Notes under the pieces: generated by a model | Told to the model about the DNA's origin: nothing | Seen by the model: the letters and a program-made list of their open reading frames with translations, nothing else | Database searches by the model: none | Shown: positions 40,097 to 50,167 of the stretch, one piece after another | How the letters are laid out: each line of letters opens with the position of its first letter | Numbering within the stretch: position 1 is the first letter of the stretch | Program-made: the position numbers and the translations under genes | Origin: Candidatus Dormibacteria bacterium | GTDB taxonomy: Bacteria; Chloroflexota; Dormibacteria; Aeolococcales; Aeolococcaceae | DNA length: 64,000 nt | Reading direction: 5' to 3' | Assembly: GCA_049511615.1 (NCBI GenBank) | Contig: JBEKXW010000006.1 | Coordinates: 5,672 to 69,671, forward strand

Positions 40097-42975
40097 GGCT
40101 GGAGCGGCTGGAGGTCACCGGCTTCGGGCGGCTGCGACAGCGGCGTTTCGACTTCGGCGAGCGGATCACGGTCGTCCTCGGGCCCAACGAATCGGGCAAG
40201 TCGACGCTGCACCGGGCCATCCGCGCCGCCCTCTACGGCCTGGATGCGGGCGGGCAGGGCAGGCCCCGGGAGCGCAGCGACTGGGCCCGCTGGCTCCCCT
40301 GGGCGCCGGGGAGATTCGGCCTGACCCTCACCTACCGGCTGGACGGCGGCCGGCGCCTCCGGGTGGCCCAGAGCTTCGACCGCGACCGGGTGCAGGCCCA
40401 GGTCCAGGAGCTGGGCGGAGGTGACGTCACCCAGCAGTTCCGGGCGGGCCGGACGGTGTGCCCGGGCCGCTTTCACCTGGGGGTCGACGAGGCCGTCTTC
40501 TGCGCCGCCGCCTGGCTGGGCGAGGAGGGTCTGCTCCTCGCCGCACCCGAGGCGGCTCCTCAGCAGGCGGCGCGGCTCCGCGAGGCACTCGAGCGATTGG
40601 TCGACGCCGGCGCCGAGGGAACCACCGCTGCCGAGGCGGTGAAGCGACTCGGCGAAGCGCTCCAGCGGGTGGGCTCGGAGCGCCGGACCGGAAGCCCGCT
40701 GGGGGTTGCGGTCGCCCAGGCCCGGCGCCTCGAGGCCGAGATCGAAGCGGCGCAGCGGCGGCTGGCCTCGTTCGCCGGGGAGGAGGAGCGGCTCCGCGAT
40801 CTGGAGGTGGAGGCCGGGCTCGCTGTCGAGGCCGCCCTGGCGGCGCAGCGCGCGTGGACCCTCGGGCGGATCGCCCAGCTCGGCGCCCAGGAGGCGGAGA
40901 TGAGGATGGCCGCCGACGAGGCAGCCTCGCTGGTCCGGGCGCTCGAGGTCGAGAAGGACTTCGCGGGCTTCCCGGTGGAGCACGAGGCCGCGGTGATCGC
41001 GCTCGGGGGAGAGCTGCACCAGGCGTCGCGGGCCGCCGCCGAAGCCGGAGCCCGCTGGGCTGCCGCCCAGGGGCCCCTGGACACGGTCCGGCGACGCCGT
41101 GCCGAGATCGCCGCCGGTCTCCGGGCGATGCCCGACACGCCGCCCATCACCACCGCCGTGTCGGCGGAGGTGGACGCCCTCCGCCGCCGGGTCGAGGTGG
41201 CCGCTGCGATCGCCCGGCGCGACACCGAGCTGACGGCCACCTCCCGGGACGACGCCCTGCGCCGCGAGATCGCCGTGACCGGGCTGGGGGGCGTCGACCC
41301 CGCGGATCTCGCGGTCGTGGCGCGCCTGGTCGCCACGGCGCGGACCGGGAGAGCCCGGGTCCGGCGCGCGGCCGGGCTGGCGCCCGCGCTCGCGGTGGCT
41401 GGACTGGCGGCAGCCGCCGGCCTGACCGCCACCGGCCGGGGTGCGCCGGCGCTCGCGGCGCTGGCCGCGCTCGCCGCCGCGCTCGCCACCGTGGCGGTGG
41501 TCGCCGTGGTCGCGTACCGCAGCGAGGGGCGGGCGCGGCGCGATCTCGGCCGCGGCTTCCCCGGTCTGGATCTGAGCTCCGAGGGCCTGGAACGGCTCGG
41601 AGCCGGCCTGCCGGCGGCCCGCAGCCTCCACCGCGAGCGTGAGCAGCAGGCGGCTCTGGACGAGGTCCACCGGGCCGGCCAGACCCGAGCCAGGGCCGAG
41701 CTCGAGTCGGCGGTCGAGAGGTGCCTCGCCCTGGTGACGGAGGCCGGCCTGGGCGCGCCCCCGCGGCCGCCGGCCGGTTGCCGCACGGAGGCGCTGGCGG
41801 AGGCGGCCGCCGCCGCCCTGGCCGGTGTGGACGAGGCGGCGCGGGTGACGTCACGCCGCCGCGAGCTGGAGGTGGAGGACGCCCGCCTGGCCGATCAGGA
41901 GACCCGGCTCATCGGGCTCGGCGAGGAGGCCGGGAGGAGCCGCGCCGCTGCTGAGGCCGTCGAGTCGAGGATCCGCAACGCCACCTCCGCCGCGGGCATC
42001 GACCCCGGGCTCCCGCTCCCGGCCGCGGTGGCCGCGTTCCGCGACGCTTGCGCGCGCCGCCGGGAGCACGACCGGCTTGCGGCCGCGCTGGCCGGGACCC
42101 AGAGCCGCCAGCGGGTTGGCGGCTCCGACCTCGCAGCCGTCGCCCGCCAGCGGGCCGCGCTGGTCGAGGAGCTGCGCCGGCGGGGTGCCGAGCCGGACGG
42201 CGCGGTGGCGGACGCACCGGTCGACGCGGGCAGTCTCGCCCGACTGGAGCGCGCGGCCGTCGAGGCCCAGGAGCGCGCCGCCGCGGCCACGACCGCTGTC
42301 CGGACGCTGGAGGCGCGCCTCGAGGGGCTCACCGGCAGCCTCCCGTCCCTCCCCGATCTCGAGGACGAGCGGCTGACGGTGAGCGCCGCCCGAGACCGGG
42401 CGCTCCACCAGCAGGAGGCGCTCCAGCGGGCCATCGCCATGATCGAAACCGCTGGTCACGACGTCCACGAGCGGCTCGCGCCCCGGCTGGCCGCGTCGGT
42501 CTCGGAACGGCTGGCACTGCTCACCGGCGACCGCTACTCCGAGGCCAATGTGGACATGGATCACTTCGCGATCGCCCTGGCGTCCGGCGATCGCGACCAG
42601 CTGGTGGCGCTGGACCTGGTCTCCCACGGGACCCGCGACCAGGTTGCCCTGCTGCTCCGGCTCGCCCTCTGCGAGGTGCTCGGCGACGCCGGGGAGTCGA
42701 TCCCGCTCCTCCTCGACGAGCCGCTCGCCTCCGCGGACCCGGGGCGCCGTCGCGGGCTCCTCGAGTTCTTGGCACAGTTGTCAGCAACGAATCAGGTGGT
42801 GGTGACCACCAGTGATCCGGGCATCGCCGCCACCCTGGTGGGTCTCGGCGACCCGGGGTCGGCCGCCGTGATCGACCTCGGGGTGGGGGGCGACGCCCCC
42901 GGGGGCGCGGTCCCGCTCGCCGAGGTGGCGGTCACAGCGCCGCGGCCACCCGGGCAAGGCCTTCGAGGTCGCTGA
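40093..42975 (+). CDS. SbcC/Rad50-like (YhaN-type) AAA ATPase, core copy
   Basis: Walker A GPNESGKST; about 700 aa of coiled coil; C-terminal Walker B LLLDEPLASAD. ATG at 40093 overlaps the upstream stop (ATGA). Confidence 0.8.
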   Translation: MRLERLEVTGFGRLRQRRFDFGERITVVLGPNESGKSTLHRAIRAALYGLDAGGQGRPRERSDWARWLPWAPGRFGLTLTYRLDGGRRLRVAQSFDRDRVQAQVQELGGGDVTQQFRAGRTVCPGRFHLGVDEAVFCAAAWLGEEGLLLAAPEAAPQQAARLREALERLVDAGAEGTTAAEAVKRLGEALQRVGSERRTGSPLGVAVAQARRLEAEIEAAQRRLASFAGEEERLRDLEVEAGLAVEAALAAQRAWTLGRIAQLGAQEAEMRMAADEAASLVRALEVEKDFAGFPVEHEAAVIALGGELHQASRAAAEAGARWAAAQGPLDTVRRRRAEIAAGLRAMPDTPPITTAVSAEVDALRRRVEVAAAIARRDTELTATSRDDALRREIAVTGLGGVDPADLAVVARLVATARTGRARVRRAAGLAPALAVAGLAAAAGLTATGRGAPALAALAALAAALATVAVVAVVAYRSEGRARRDLGRGFPGLDLSSEGLERLGAGLPAARSLHREREQQAALDEVHRAGQTRARAELESAVERCLALVTEAGLGAPPRPPAGCRTEALAEAAAAALAGVDEAARVTSRRRELEVEDARLADQETRLIGLGEEAGRSRAAAEAVESRIRNATSAAGIDPGLPLPAAVAAFRDACARRREHDRLAAALAGTQSRQRVGGSDLAAVARQRAALVEELRRRGAEPDGAVADAPVDAGSLARLERAAVEAQERAAAATTAVRTLEARLEGLTGSLPSLPDLEDERLTVSAARDRALHQQEALQRAIAMIETAGHDVHERLAPRLAASVSERLALLTGDRYSEANVDMDHFAIALASGDRDQLVALDLVSHGTRDQVALLLRLALCEVLGDAGESIPLLLDEPLASADPGRRRGLLEFLAQLSATNQVVVTTSDPGIAATLVGLGDPGSAAVIDLGVGGDAPGGAVPLAEVAVTAPRPPGQGLRGR

Positions 42976-44092
42976 CCGAGGCGGCGATCAGGGGCACCTG
43001 GACCGAGGGGACGTCGATGAGGCGTCCCAGCCGGGCCAGCTGGTGAGCATCGCGCTGGGCCAGCTCGGAGAGCGTCCGGTACGCCCGGCCCACGGCTGCG
43101 GCCGTGGCGGCGTCCACGGCGACGTCGAGGGCGCGGCTCAGCGCCTGGGCGCCGCGATGGTTGTCGGTGAGCATCTCGGCAGCCCGGATCGCCGCCTCGT
43201 CGGTGAGGAAGTCGGGAAGCACCCGGTTGACCACCACGGCGCGGAGCGGCATCGAGAGCTCCCGGAGCTTGGACGCGAAGTGCTCGGCCTCGGCGAAGGC
43301 CGCCGGTTCGAGGGTGGTGACCACGACGAACCCGACCCGCGCGCTGCGCAGCAGACGGCTGACGGCGCGCGCCCGCCGCTGGACGCCCCCGTACAGGGTC
43401 TGGAGGTCGCCGACGAAGTCGCCCAGCTCGCCCAGCACGTCGCTGCCCAGCAGCCGGTCGGCGATGTGCAGGAGCGGGGCGGCGGCGAGATTCATGGCGC
43501 GGAAGCCGAGGCGCGACGGATGGGCGAGCCAGGAGAGGAGCCGCGCCCCCACGAAGTCGGAGATCCGCTCCGGGGCCTCCAGGAAGTCGAGGGCGCTCCG
43601 TGACGGCGGAGTGTCCACGACCAGGCAGTCGTACTCACCCTCCTCGTGGAGCTCATACAGGGCCTCCATGGCCGCGTACTCATGGCTTCCGACGAAGGCG
43701 TCGCTGATCCCCTGGTAGAAGCGATTGTCGAGAATGCGCCGGGCCACGTGGCGGTTGGGCGAGTAGCGCTCCACCATCCGATCCCAGACCGACTTCTGGT
43801 CGAGCATGGCGGCGACCAGCTCGCCCCGGAGGGGAAGGCCCGCCTGCCGCAGCCGGGTGGCGGGCACGACGACCGGGTCGGCTCCGATCCCGGTCATCCC
43901 CAGCGCGCTGGCGAGGCGCCGGGCGGGGTCGATGGTGAGCACCATCACGCGCCTGTCGGTGGTCGAGGCGATCGCCGCGGCCAGGGCGGCGCTGACGGTG
44001 GTCTTCCCCACGCCACCGCTGCCGCAGCAGATGACCACCTCGAGACCGCCCACCAGGGAGGCGAGGCGGGGCGCGCCGTCCGCCCCGGTCAC
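42932..44092 (-). CDS. ArsA/Get3-family anion-transporting ATPase homolog (1 of 2)
   Basis: P-loop CCGSGGVGKTTVSAA; ArsA-like throughout. Confidence 0.8.
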   Translation of the reverse strand: MTGADGAPRLASLVGGLEVVICCGSGGVGKTTVSAALAAAIASTTDRRVMVLTIDPARRLASALGMTGIGADPVVVPATRLRQAGLPLRGELVAAMLDQKSVWDRMVERYSPNRHVARRILDNRFYQGISDAFVGSHEYAAMEALYELHEEGEYDCLVVDTPPSRSALDFLEAPERISDFVGARLLSWLAHPSRLGFRAMNLAAAPLLHIADRLLGSDVLGELGDFVGDLQTLYGGVQRRARAVSRLLRSARVGFVVVTTLEPAAFAEAEHFASKLRELSMPLRAVVVNRVLPDFLTDEAAIRAAEMLTDNHRGAQALSRALDVAVDAATAAAVGRAYRTLSELAQRDAHQLARLGRLIDVPSVQVPLIAASVSDLEGLARVAAAL

Positions 44093-45084
44093 CCCGCCGC
44101 CTCCAGCGCGGCCGCGACGCCCCGGGTGGTGGCGAGCCCCGGCCGGGCGGCGACGAGGGGGACGTCCACCACCGGAACGGACATGCCGGCGGCGAGCCGG
44201 CGTGCGAAGGGCTGGGCGAGACGGCCGAGGGCATCGGCAAGCCGCACCCCGGCCACCAGCCCTTCCACGCCGTTACCGAGGACCTGGGCGGCGGCTCGAG
44301 CGCGGCCGGGCTCGGTCAGGAGCTCCACCAGGCGTCGCTGCCGGGCGGACCCCGCCACCGCGACACAGCGGTTCAGGAAGCAGGGTCCGAGGCCGATGTC
44401 GGTGTCCTGGACCACCTGGTCGTGGAGCTGGAGCGCCTCGGCTACCGGCATCTCCTCGGCGAGGGCGGTGATGCAGAGGGCGGTCTTGCGGTGGTCGGTC
44501 ACCATCGCGTCGACGAAGTCGATCTGGGACCGGAGCATGCCGCCCCGCACCAGCTGGCGCATCGACCGGGCGGCGGTGAGCTGCGGAAGGACCTCACCGC
44601 TGGACGTCGCATCCACCACGATCAGGTCCCAGGTGGGCCGCCGGTCACCCTCGCGGCGGCGCTCCTCGTGGGCGATCTTGCCGACCATGAGCATGTCCCG
44701 GGGTCCGGGGACACCGGTGGCCACGAAGTCGAAGACGCCGGCCAGAGGGGTCAGGCGGGTGAAGCGGGGAACCTTGAAGAAGATCGCCAGGTACTCCTGG
44801 AAGGACTCCTCCGGGTGGAGCGCGAGGACCGACAGGTTGCGCTGCACCACCACCGGGCGGAACCCCACCGGGGGATGCCCCAGCGCCTCGGGCAGGTCTC
44901 CCTTGGCATCGACCTCGACGGCGAGGACCCGGATGCCGCGGCGGGCGGCGATCAGCGCGAGTGCCGCCGCGACCGTGGTCTTGCCCGTCCCGCCCTTGCC
45001 GGCGACAAAGACGACCCGTTTGCGGAGAAGCTCATCGAGGCGGGTGCGACCACCCGCGCGCTTCGGCGGCGTCGGGGCTCTCAG
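44089..45084 (-). CDS. ArsA/Get3-family ATPase homolog (2 of 2); non-canonical start
   Basis: A genuine P-loop, VVFVAGKGGTGKTTVAAALA, lies in frame upstream of the first ATG/GTG (44868). The in-frame stop is at 45121-45123 and no ATG/GTG/TTG follows it. The likely start is the CTG overlapping the bcp TGA (CTGA). Confidence 0.65.
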   Translation of the reverse strand: MRAPTPPKRAGGRTRLDELLRKRVVFVAGKGGTGKTTVAAALALIAARRGIRVLAVEVDAKGDLPEALGHPPVGFRPVVVQRNLSVLALHPEESFQEYLAIFFKVPRFTRLTPLAGVFDFVATGVPGPRDMLMVGKIAHEERRREGDRRPTWDLIVVDATSSGEVLPQLTAARSMRQLVRGGMLRSQIDFVDAMVTDHRKTALCITALAEEMPVAEALQLHDQVVQDTDIGLGPCFLNRCVAVAGSARQRRLVELLTEPGRARAAAQVLGNGVEGLVAGVRLADALGRLAQPFARRLAAGMSVPVVDVPLVAARPGLATTRGVAAALEAAG

Positions 45085-45554
45085 GCTGGGTCCGCGCCGC
45101 CCCGGACGGCCGCGAGGACCTCAGCGGCATGCCCCTCCGGCTGGACCGCCCGCCAGGCGCGCTCCACGCGGCCGTCGGGGCCGATCAGAAAGGTGGAGCG
45201 CTCCACGCGCATGCGGCTGACGCCGTCCTTGATCCGGGGGCTCCAGAGCTGGAAGAAGTCGATGAGACGGCGCTCGGGATCGCTGACCAGCCGCACTCCG
45301 AGGTCGCAGTCCTCGGCGAAACGGTCGTGGCTCTCCTCGGAGTCCGGCGAGACCCCGTACACGGCAACCCCGGCACGCTCGAACTCCGGCAGCAGGCGGG
45401 TGAACTCCCGACCCTCGAGGGTGCACCCGGAGGTCTTGTCCTCCGGGTAGAAGTAAAGGACCGTCCGGCGGCCGGCGAGGTCGGAGCGCCGGAGGCGGCC
45501 TCCCCCGCCGGTGGCCAGGTTGAAGTCAGGAAGCTCTCTCATCGTCTCAGCCAT
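45081..45554 (-). CDS. bcp: peroxiredoxin, Bcp-type
   Basis: FYPEDKTSGCTLE active site. Confidence 0.8.
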   Translation of the reverse strand: MAETMRELPDFNLATGGGGRLRRSDLAGRRTVLYFYPEDKTSGCTLEGREFTRLLPEFERAGVAVYGVSPDSEESHDRFAEDCDLGVRLVSDPERRLIDFFQLWSPRIKDGVSRMRVERSTFLIGPDGRVERAWRAVQPEGHAAEVLAAVRGGADPA

Positions 45555-45637
45555 CGCACGCTCCCCAGGTTCGAGTTCGGCAGGATCGACTCTACGAGCC
45601 GCGCCGCCTCGGCGGGCGGCAGCCGGCGCGCCAGCCG

Positions 45638-46456
45638 TCAGTTCAGGAACGAGCGGAGCCTCCCCACCACCTCGCTCACGTGACCCCGGTCCGCGGCGTC
45701 AGGTGCCGCCCCGGCGAGGTAGTCGCTGAGGTCCCGGAGGGCCACCTGGGGCCGCCCCATCTGCCAGAGCAGGAGACCCCGGTCGCGGCGCTCGGCGGGC
45801 TCGTCGGGGAGCAGGGCGACGCAGCGGTCGGCGGCCTGGAGCGCCAGCGGCCAGTTCTGCAGGCTCGCGTAGCAGCCCCGGAGGTTCCGAGACATCCGGG
45901 CCAGGATCCGCCGCGGCGAGGCCGGCTCCAACCACCGCGGCTCGACCCGCTCGGGCTCGCGGCCGAGGTGGCGCCCAGCGGTCCGCCGGAGGTCGCCGTC
46001 CTCGAGCGGCTCCCCGGAGCAGGCGTCGACCACCAGCCCCTCGACCCGCACCGCGAAGTGTCCGGGGAGGGCGATGCCCTCCACCCGGATGCCCGCCCGC
46101 CGGCCCACCCCCATCCAGATCGCGCCGCAGGCGATCGGGGTGCCCGCGCCCCGCTCCAGCACCGAGTTGAGGTAGTGGGTACGGGGGTCGCCGCCGCCGG
46201 CTCCGCGCAGATTCAGGCGGTCGCGGAGGAGGGCGGCGACCGCGGCGGACGGCCCCGCCCCGACGCGGCCGTCCAGGTGCCCGGCCAGGTCGTCGAGGAG
46301 GCCGAGCCAGGGCGCGGGGTCGACGGCCGGGAAGTCCTCGACGGCGATCCAGAGGGCCGCCTCGGCGACGTCGGAGGCGGGGTCGTCGGCGGCGGCGAGA
46401 AGCAGGCTGCGGGGATCGGTGGGCGGCATCGCCGGGTATGATGCCCGGCCGGGCAC
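45638..46456 (-). CDS. transglutaminase-like/TPR protein (SirB1/UPF0162-like)
   Basis: Family pattern …YLNSVLERGAGTPIACGAIWMGVGRRAGI.VEGI.LPGHF…. Confidence 0.6.
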   Translation of the reverse strand: MPGRASYPAMPPTDPRSLLLAAADDPASDVAEAALWIAVEDFPAVDPAPWLGLLDDLAGHLDGRVGAGPSAAVAALLRDRLNLRGAGGGDPRTHYLNSVLERGAGTPIACGAIWMGVGRRAGIRVEGIALPGHFAVRVEGLVVDACSGEPLEDGDLRRTAGRHLGREPERVEPRWLEPASPRRILARMSRNLRGCYASLQNWPLALQAADRCVALLPDEPAERRDRGLLLWQMGRPQVALRDLSDYLAGAAPDAADRGHVSEVVGRLRSFLN

Positions 46457-46497
46457 CCGGGACCGCCGGGAGGGGTGACCGGAGCGAATACACTGAG

Positions 46498-48384
46498 ATG
46501 GGGATGCTGCTGGACGAGATCACCTGTCCCGACGACCTGCGCGGCCTCGGCCCCCAGGACCTGAGCCGCCTCTGCGGCGAAATCCGCGAGTTCCTGGTGG
46601 CCGCCGTCTCCCGCACCGGTGGCCACCTGGGGCCCAACCTGGGGGTGGTGGAGCTCACCGTCGCCATCCACCGGGTCTTCCACTCGCCGCGCGACGCCCT
46701 GGTCTTCGACACCGGCCACCAGGCCTACGTCCACAAGATGCTGACCGGGCGGTTGGCGGCGTTCGATAGCCTGCGCCAGCGAGGCGGGCTCTCCGGCTAT
46801 CCCAACCGCGCCGAGTCGGAGCACGACATCGTCGAGAACTCCCACGCATCCACGGGGTTGAGCTACGCCCTGGCCCTGGCCAGCGCCCGCCAGCTGACCG
46901 GAGAGCCCGGCAAGGTCGTCTGCGTGGTCGGCGACGGTGCCCTCACCGGCGGGATGGCCTACGAAGCGCTGAACAACATCGGCCACCTCCGGCCCGACCT
47001 GATCATCATCCTCAACGACAACGGGCGCTCCTATGCCCCGACCATCGGCGGCATCGCCGAGAACCTGGGGCAGCTCCGGCTGTCGCCCACCTACGAGGCG
47101 GCCAAGGACGCCACCGCTCGCACCCTGCGCCATCTCCCCCTGGTGGGCGACTCCGCCTACCAGGCCGCCAAGCGGGTCAAGGAGTCCCTCAAGCAGCTGG
47201 TGTCCACCACCTCCATCTTCGAGACCCTCGGTCTCAAGTACGGAGGTCCCATCGACGGCCACGACATCCCCGCCCTGGAACGCGCCCTCCGCGATGCCGC
47301 CTCCTACCGGGGGCCGGTGATCATCCACGTGGTCACCAACAAGGGCAACGGCTACGCCCCGGCAGTTCAGGACGAGATCGACAAATACCACGGGGTCTCG
47401 ACCTTCAACCCCGAGGACGGCAGCTTCACCAGCAAGCCGGTCTCCTGGACCGACCTCTTCGGCGAAGCCCTTCTGGAGGCCGCCGAGCAGGACTCGCGGA
47501 TCGTCGCCATCACCGCGGCCATGGCCTCCTCGACCGGCCTGCTGGAGTTCGCCGAGCGCTTCCCGGACCGCTTCTTCGACGTCGGGATCGCCGAGCAGCA
47601 CGCGGTCACCTTCGCCAGCGGGCTGGCCATGAAGGGGCTCCGACCGGTGGTCTGCATCTACTCGTCGTTCCTGCAGCGCGCCTTCGACCAGGTCGCGTGC
47701 GACGCCTGCCTGCATCGCCTGCCGGTGACCTTCGTCATCGACCGCGCCGGGATCACCGGCGAGGACGGGCCGTCCCACCACGGCATGCTCGACCTCGCCT
47801 ACCTCCGCTGCATCCCCAACCTGGTGGTGGCGGCGCCGAGCAGCCCGGACGAGATGCGCCGGATGCTGGCCACCGCACTGGCCCAGGACGGGCCGTTCGC
47901 CCTCCGCTACCCCCGCGGCTCCGCGCCGGCCACGGCGACGGCCCCGCTCGAGCCGCTCGCGATCGGCCAGTCGGTGACCCGCCGGCAGGGGAGCGACGTC
48001 GCCCTCCTCGCAGTGGGCAAGATGGTCCCGGTGGCGCTCGAAGCCGCGACCCAGCTCGAGGCCGAGGGCATCAGCGCCACCGTCGTCGACGCCCGCTTCG
48101 TCAAGCCGATCGACCCCCACCTCGCCGACGTCGCGGCCGCGCACCGGGCCGTCCTCACGGTGGAGGACGGGACCCGCGTGGGAGCCTTCGGGAGCGCCGT
48201 CGCCGAGCTCCTCGGCGACACCGGGGTGGCGGTGCCGGTGCACCGCCTGGGCATCCCGGACCGCTTCGTCGAGCACGGCGCCCAGGCGCTCCTGCTCAGC
48301 GAGCTGGGGCTGGACGCGGAGGGCGTGGCCAGGTCGGCGCGCGAGCTGCTGGCCGCCGCCGGGCGCCATCCCGTCCTGACCTGA
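46498..48384 (+). CDS. dxs: 1-deoxy-D-xylulose-5-phosphate synthase
   Basis: GHLGPNLGVVELT.A.H.VF…D..VFD.GHQAY.HK.LTGR; TPP and transketolase domains. Confidence 0.9.
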   Translation: MGMLLDEITCPDDLRGLGPQDLSRLCGEIREFLVAAVSRTGGHLGPNLGVVELTVAIHRVFHSPRDALVFDTGHQAYVHKMLTGRLAAFDSLRQRGGLSGYPNRAESEHDIVENSHASTGLSYALALASARQLTGEPGKVVCVVGDGALTGGMAYEALNNIGHLRPDLIIILNDNGRSYAPTIGGIAENLGQLRLSPTYEAAKDATARTLRHLPLVGDSAYQAAKRVKESLKQLVSTTSIFETLGLKYGGPIDGHDIPALERALRDAASYRGPVIIHVVTNKGNGYAPAVQDEIDKYHGVSTFNPEDGSFTSKPVSWTDLFGEALLEAAEQDSRIVAITAAMASSTGLLEFAERFPDRFFDVGIAEQHAVTFASGLAMKGLRPVVCIYSSFLQRAFDQVACDACLHRLPVTFVIDRAGITGEDGPSHHGMLDLAYLRCIPNLVVAAPSSPDEMRRMLATALAQDGPFALRYPRGSAPATATAPLEPLAIGQSVTRRQGSDVALLAVGKMVPVALEAATQLEAEGISATVVDARFVKPIDPHLADVAAAHRAVLTVEDGTRVGAFGSAVAELLGDTGVAVPVHRLGIPDRFVEHGAQALLLSELGLDAEGVARSARELLAAAGRHPVLT

Positions 48385-48402
48385 CGGCCGGGACACCCCC
48401 CG

Positions 48403-49122
48403 ATGGGCACCGTCCTGGTCACCGTGACCGCGTCCAGCGCGCCGGTCGACCTGGCGCTTCCTGACGACGCCCCGGCCGGCGAGATCATCCCCGCCATGGT
48501 CCGGCGCTGCGAGCCGGGCGCCCGCCCCTGGAGCCGCTGGGCCCTGGGGCCCCTGGGCGGTGAGCCGTTCCCACCCCGGTGCAGCCTCGCGGCGCTGGGG
48601 GTGCTGGACGGCGCCGAGCTCCAGCTGCGCGACATGGTCGCCCCGGACGTCAGCGGCGCGGGCCGGGGACCGGATCCCGGGATCGGCGCGTCAGCGGGTG
48701 CGGCGGAGCCGGACGCGCGCCGCCGGCGCATCATGGACCTCGCCGAGCGTCTGGTGGGCGACATCTCCCGCATCCGGGCCTGCAGGAATCCCCTGCTCGA
48801 ATACGCGGCCCCGGAGGCCCGCCGACAGCTCCGAGCGCTGGCGCCGGGGCGTCTCGATCGGGTGGCCGACGGCGCGCTCTCCGACCTCAGCCTCAGCGTG
48901 AGCTGGCCGCGCGACCCACGAGCCCCCATCGAGGCCCTGGCCAGCTTCACCGAGATCGCCGGCGGCGGTCCGGGCGGCGGCCTCACCGGGCCGGTCGCCG
49001 CCTGGCCCGGGCCGGCCCCCGCCGCGACGGCGGCCCGCCGGATCGGGGTCAGGATGACCGTCGACCCCCACTGCCGGTGCGTTCTCGACGTCAGCATCGC
49101 GACCGTTCCGCCGCCCCCCTGA
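48403..49122 (+). CDS. hypothetical protein with a possible N-terminal YukD/EsaB-like ubiquitin fold
   Basis: MGTVLVTVTASSAPVDLALPDDAPAGEIIPAMV…LGVLDGAELQL resembles the beta-grasp domain of type VII secretion EsaB/EccD N-termini. The rest is Ala/Pro/Gly-rich. Confidence 0.4.
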   Translation: MGTVLVTVTASSAPVDLALPDDAPAGEIIPAMVRRCEPGARPWSRWALGPLGGEPFPPRCSLAALGVLDGAELQLRDMVAPDVSGAGRGPDPGIGASAGAAEPDARRRRIMDLAERLVGDISRIRACRNPLLEYAAPEARRQLRALAPGRLDRVADGALSDLSLSVSWPRDPRAPIEALASFTEIAGGGPGGGLTGPVAAWPGPAPAATAARRIGVRMTVDPHCRCVLDVSIATVPPPP

Positions 49123-49180
49123 CCACGGGGCACCAGCCCAGCCAGAACCTGGGCAGAGCCCGCAGCGGGAGGTGCCAGGC

Positions 49181-50128
49181 TCAGCGGCTGACGACGACCG
49201 GGGCGCTGTCGGGGAGCTCGACGACCTCGACACCCGCGTCGCCGAGCACCTGGACGCCGCAGGGGTAGGTGCCCTCCGCCCCCGCGGAGGAGAGCACCTG
49301 TGCCTCGAACTTGATGATCAGCTTGCCGGGGCCGGAAGCACTCTGCGGGGGGACCTCGAAGCCATCGAAGTAGGGGATCTCGGTCCCCTCCACCGGGTCG
49401 GTGCCGTTGCTCCGGCCCGAGTCCCCCGAGATCTGCACCCCGCCGTTGTAGACGAAGACGGGCGGAAGGCTGACGGTCACGCTGACGCCGTTGGCCGGGC
49501 CGGTCCCGCTGTTGAAGACGCCCACCTCGTAGGTGACATCCTGCCCGGGCGTGGCCTGGCTGGGGCTCACCGCGACCGTGGCCGAGAGCAGGGGTGCCGG
49601 CGTCAGCTTCAGGGGCAAAGCGTTGCTCTGGGTGGTTCCGGTGGTCGCCCCGGATGCGGTGGCCGTCGTCTCATACGTCCCCGGGTTGCCGCCGGCGCGG
49701 GCGTCGAAGGGGATGACCACGGTGTCGCCGTGGCCGCTCAGCTCCCAGACCCCCCAGGTCGGCTGCCGGCTGTTCCCCTGAGCCTCCACCGGGGAGGTGC
49801 GCACCGCGGTGCCGCCGACGGTCCCGGTGTCCGTGTAGCGAAAGTCCGCCGGCAGGTCGGCGGTGACGGTGAGCCCGGACGTGCCCGCCACCCCGGTGTC
49901 GGTGACGGTGATCACGAAGCTCACCTCCTGACCGGGGGCGAGGCTCGCCGGCTGACCGCCGGTCAGGCGCACGCTGAGGGAGGTCGGACCCGCGCCGCAC
50001 CCGGTGGCGGCCAGCGCCCCCAGGAGAGCCCCGACGGCGATCCAGCAGGTGAGCCTCGGCACCGGCGCGCTCCCGCTACCGGCGGCCCGGCCGTGCCGAG
50101 CGCCCGCCGGCGCGCCCGCCAGACTCAA
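49181..50128 (-). CDS. DUF11/CARDB-like repeat-domain secreted lipoprotein
   Basis: Lipobox LAATGC; two repeats of …G..V…..V.N.G…A..V.V…LP… (conserved repeat domain). Confidence 0.55.
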   Translation of the reverse strand: MSLAGAPAGARHGRAAGSGSAPVPRLTCWIAVGALLGALAATGCGAGPTSLSVRLTGGQPASLAPGQEVSFVITVTDTGVAGTSGLTVTADLPADFRYTDTGTVGGTAVRTSPVEAQGNSRQPTWGVWELSGHGDTVVIPFDARAGGNPGTYETTATASGATTGTTQSNALPLKLTPAPLLSATVAVSPSQATPGQDVTYEVGVFNSGTGPANGVSVTVSLPPVFVYNGGVQISGDSGRSNGTDPVEGTEIPYFDGFEVPPQSASGPGKLIIKFEAQVLSSAGAEGTYPCGVQVLGDAGVEVVELPDSAPVVVSR

Positions 50129-50167
50129 CCGGCCCCGCGAGGTGCGCCGGGCCCATGCCGGGGCGGC

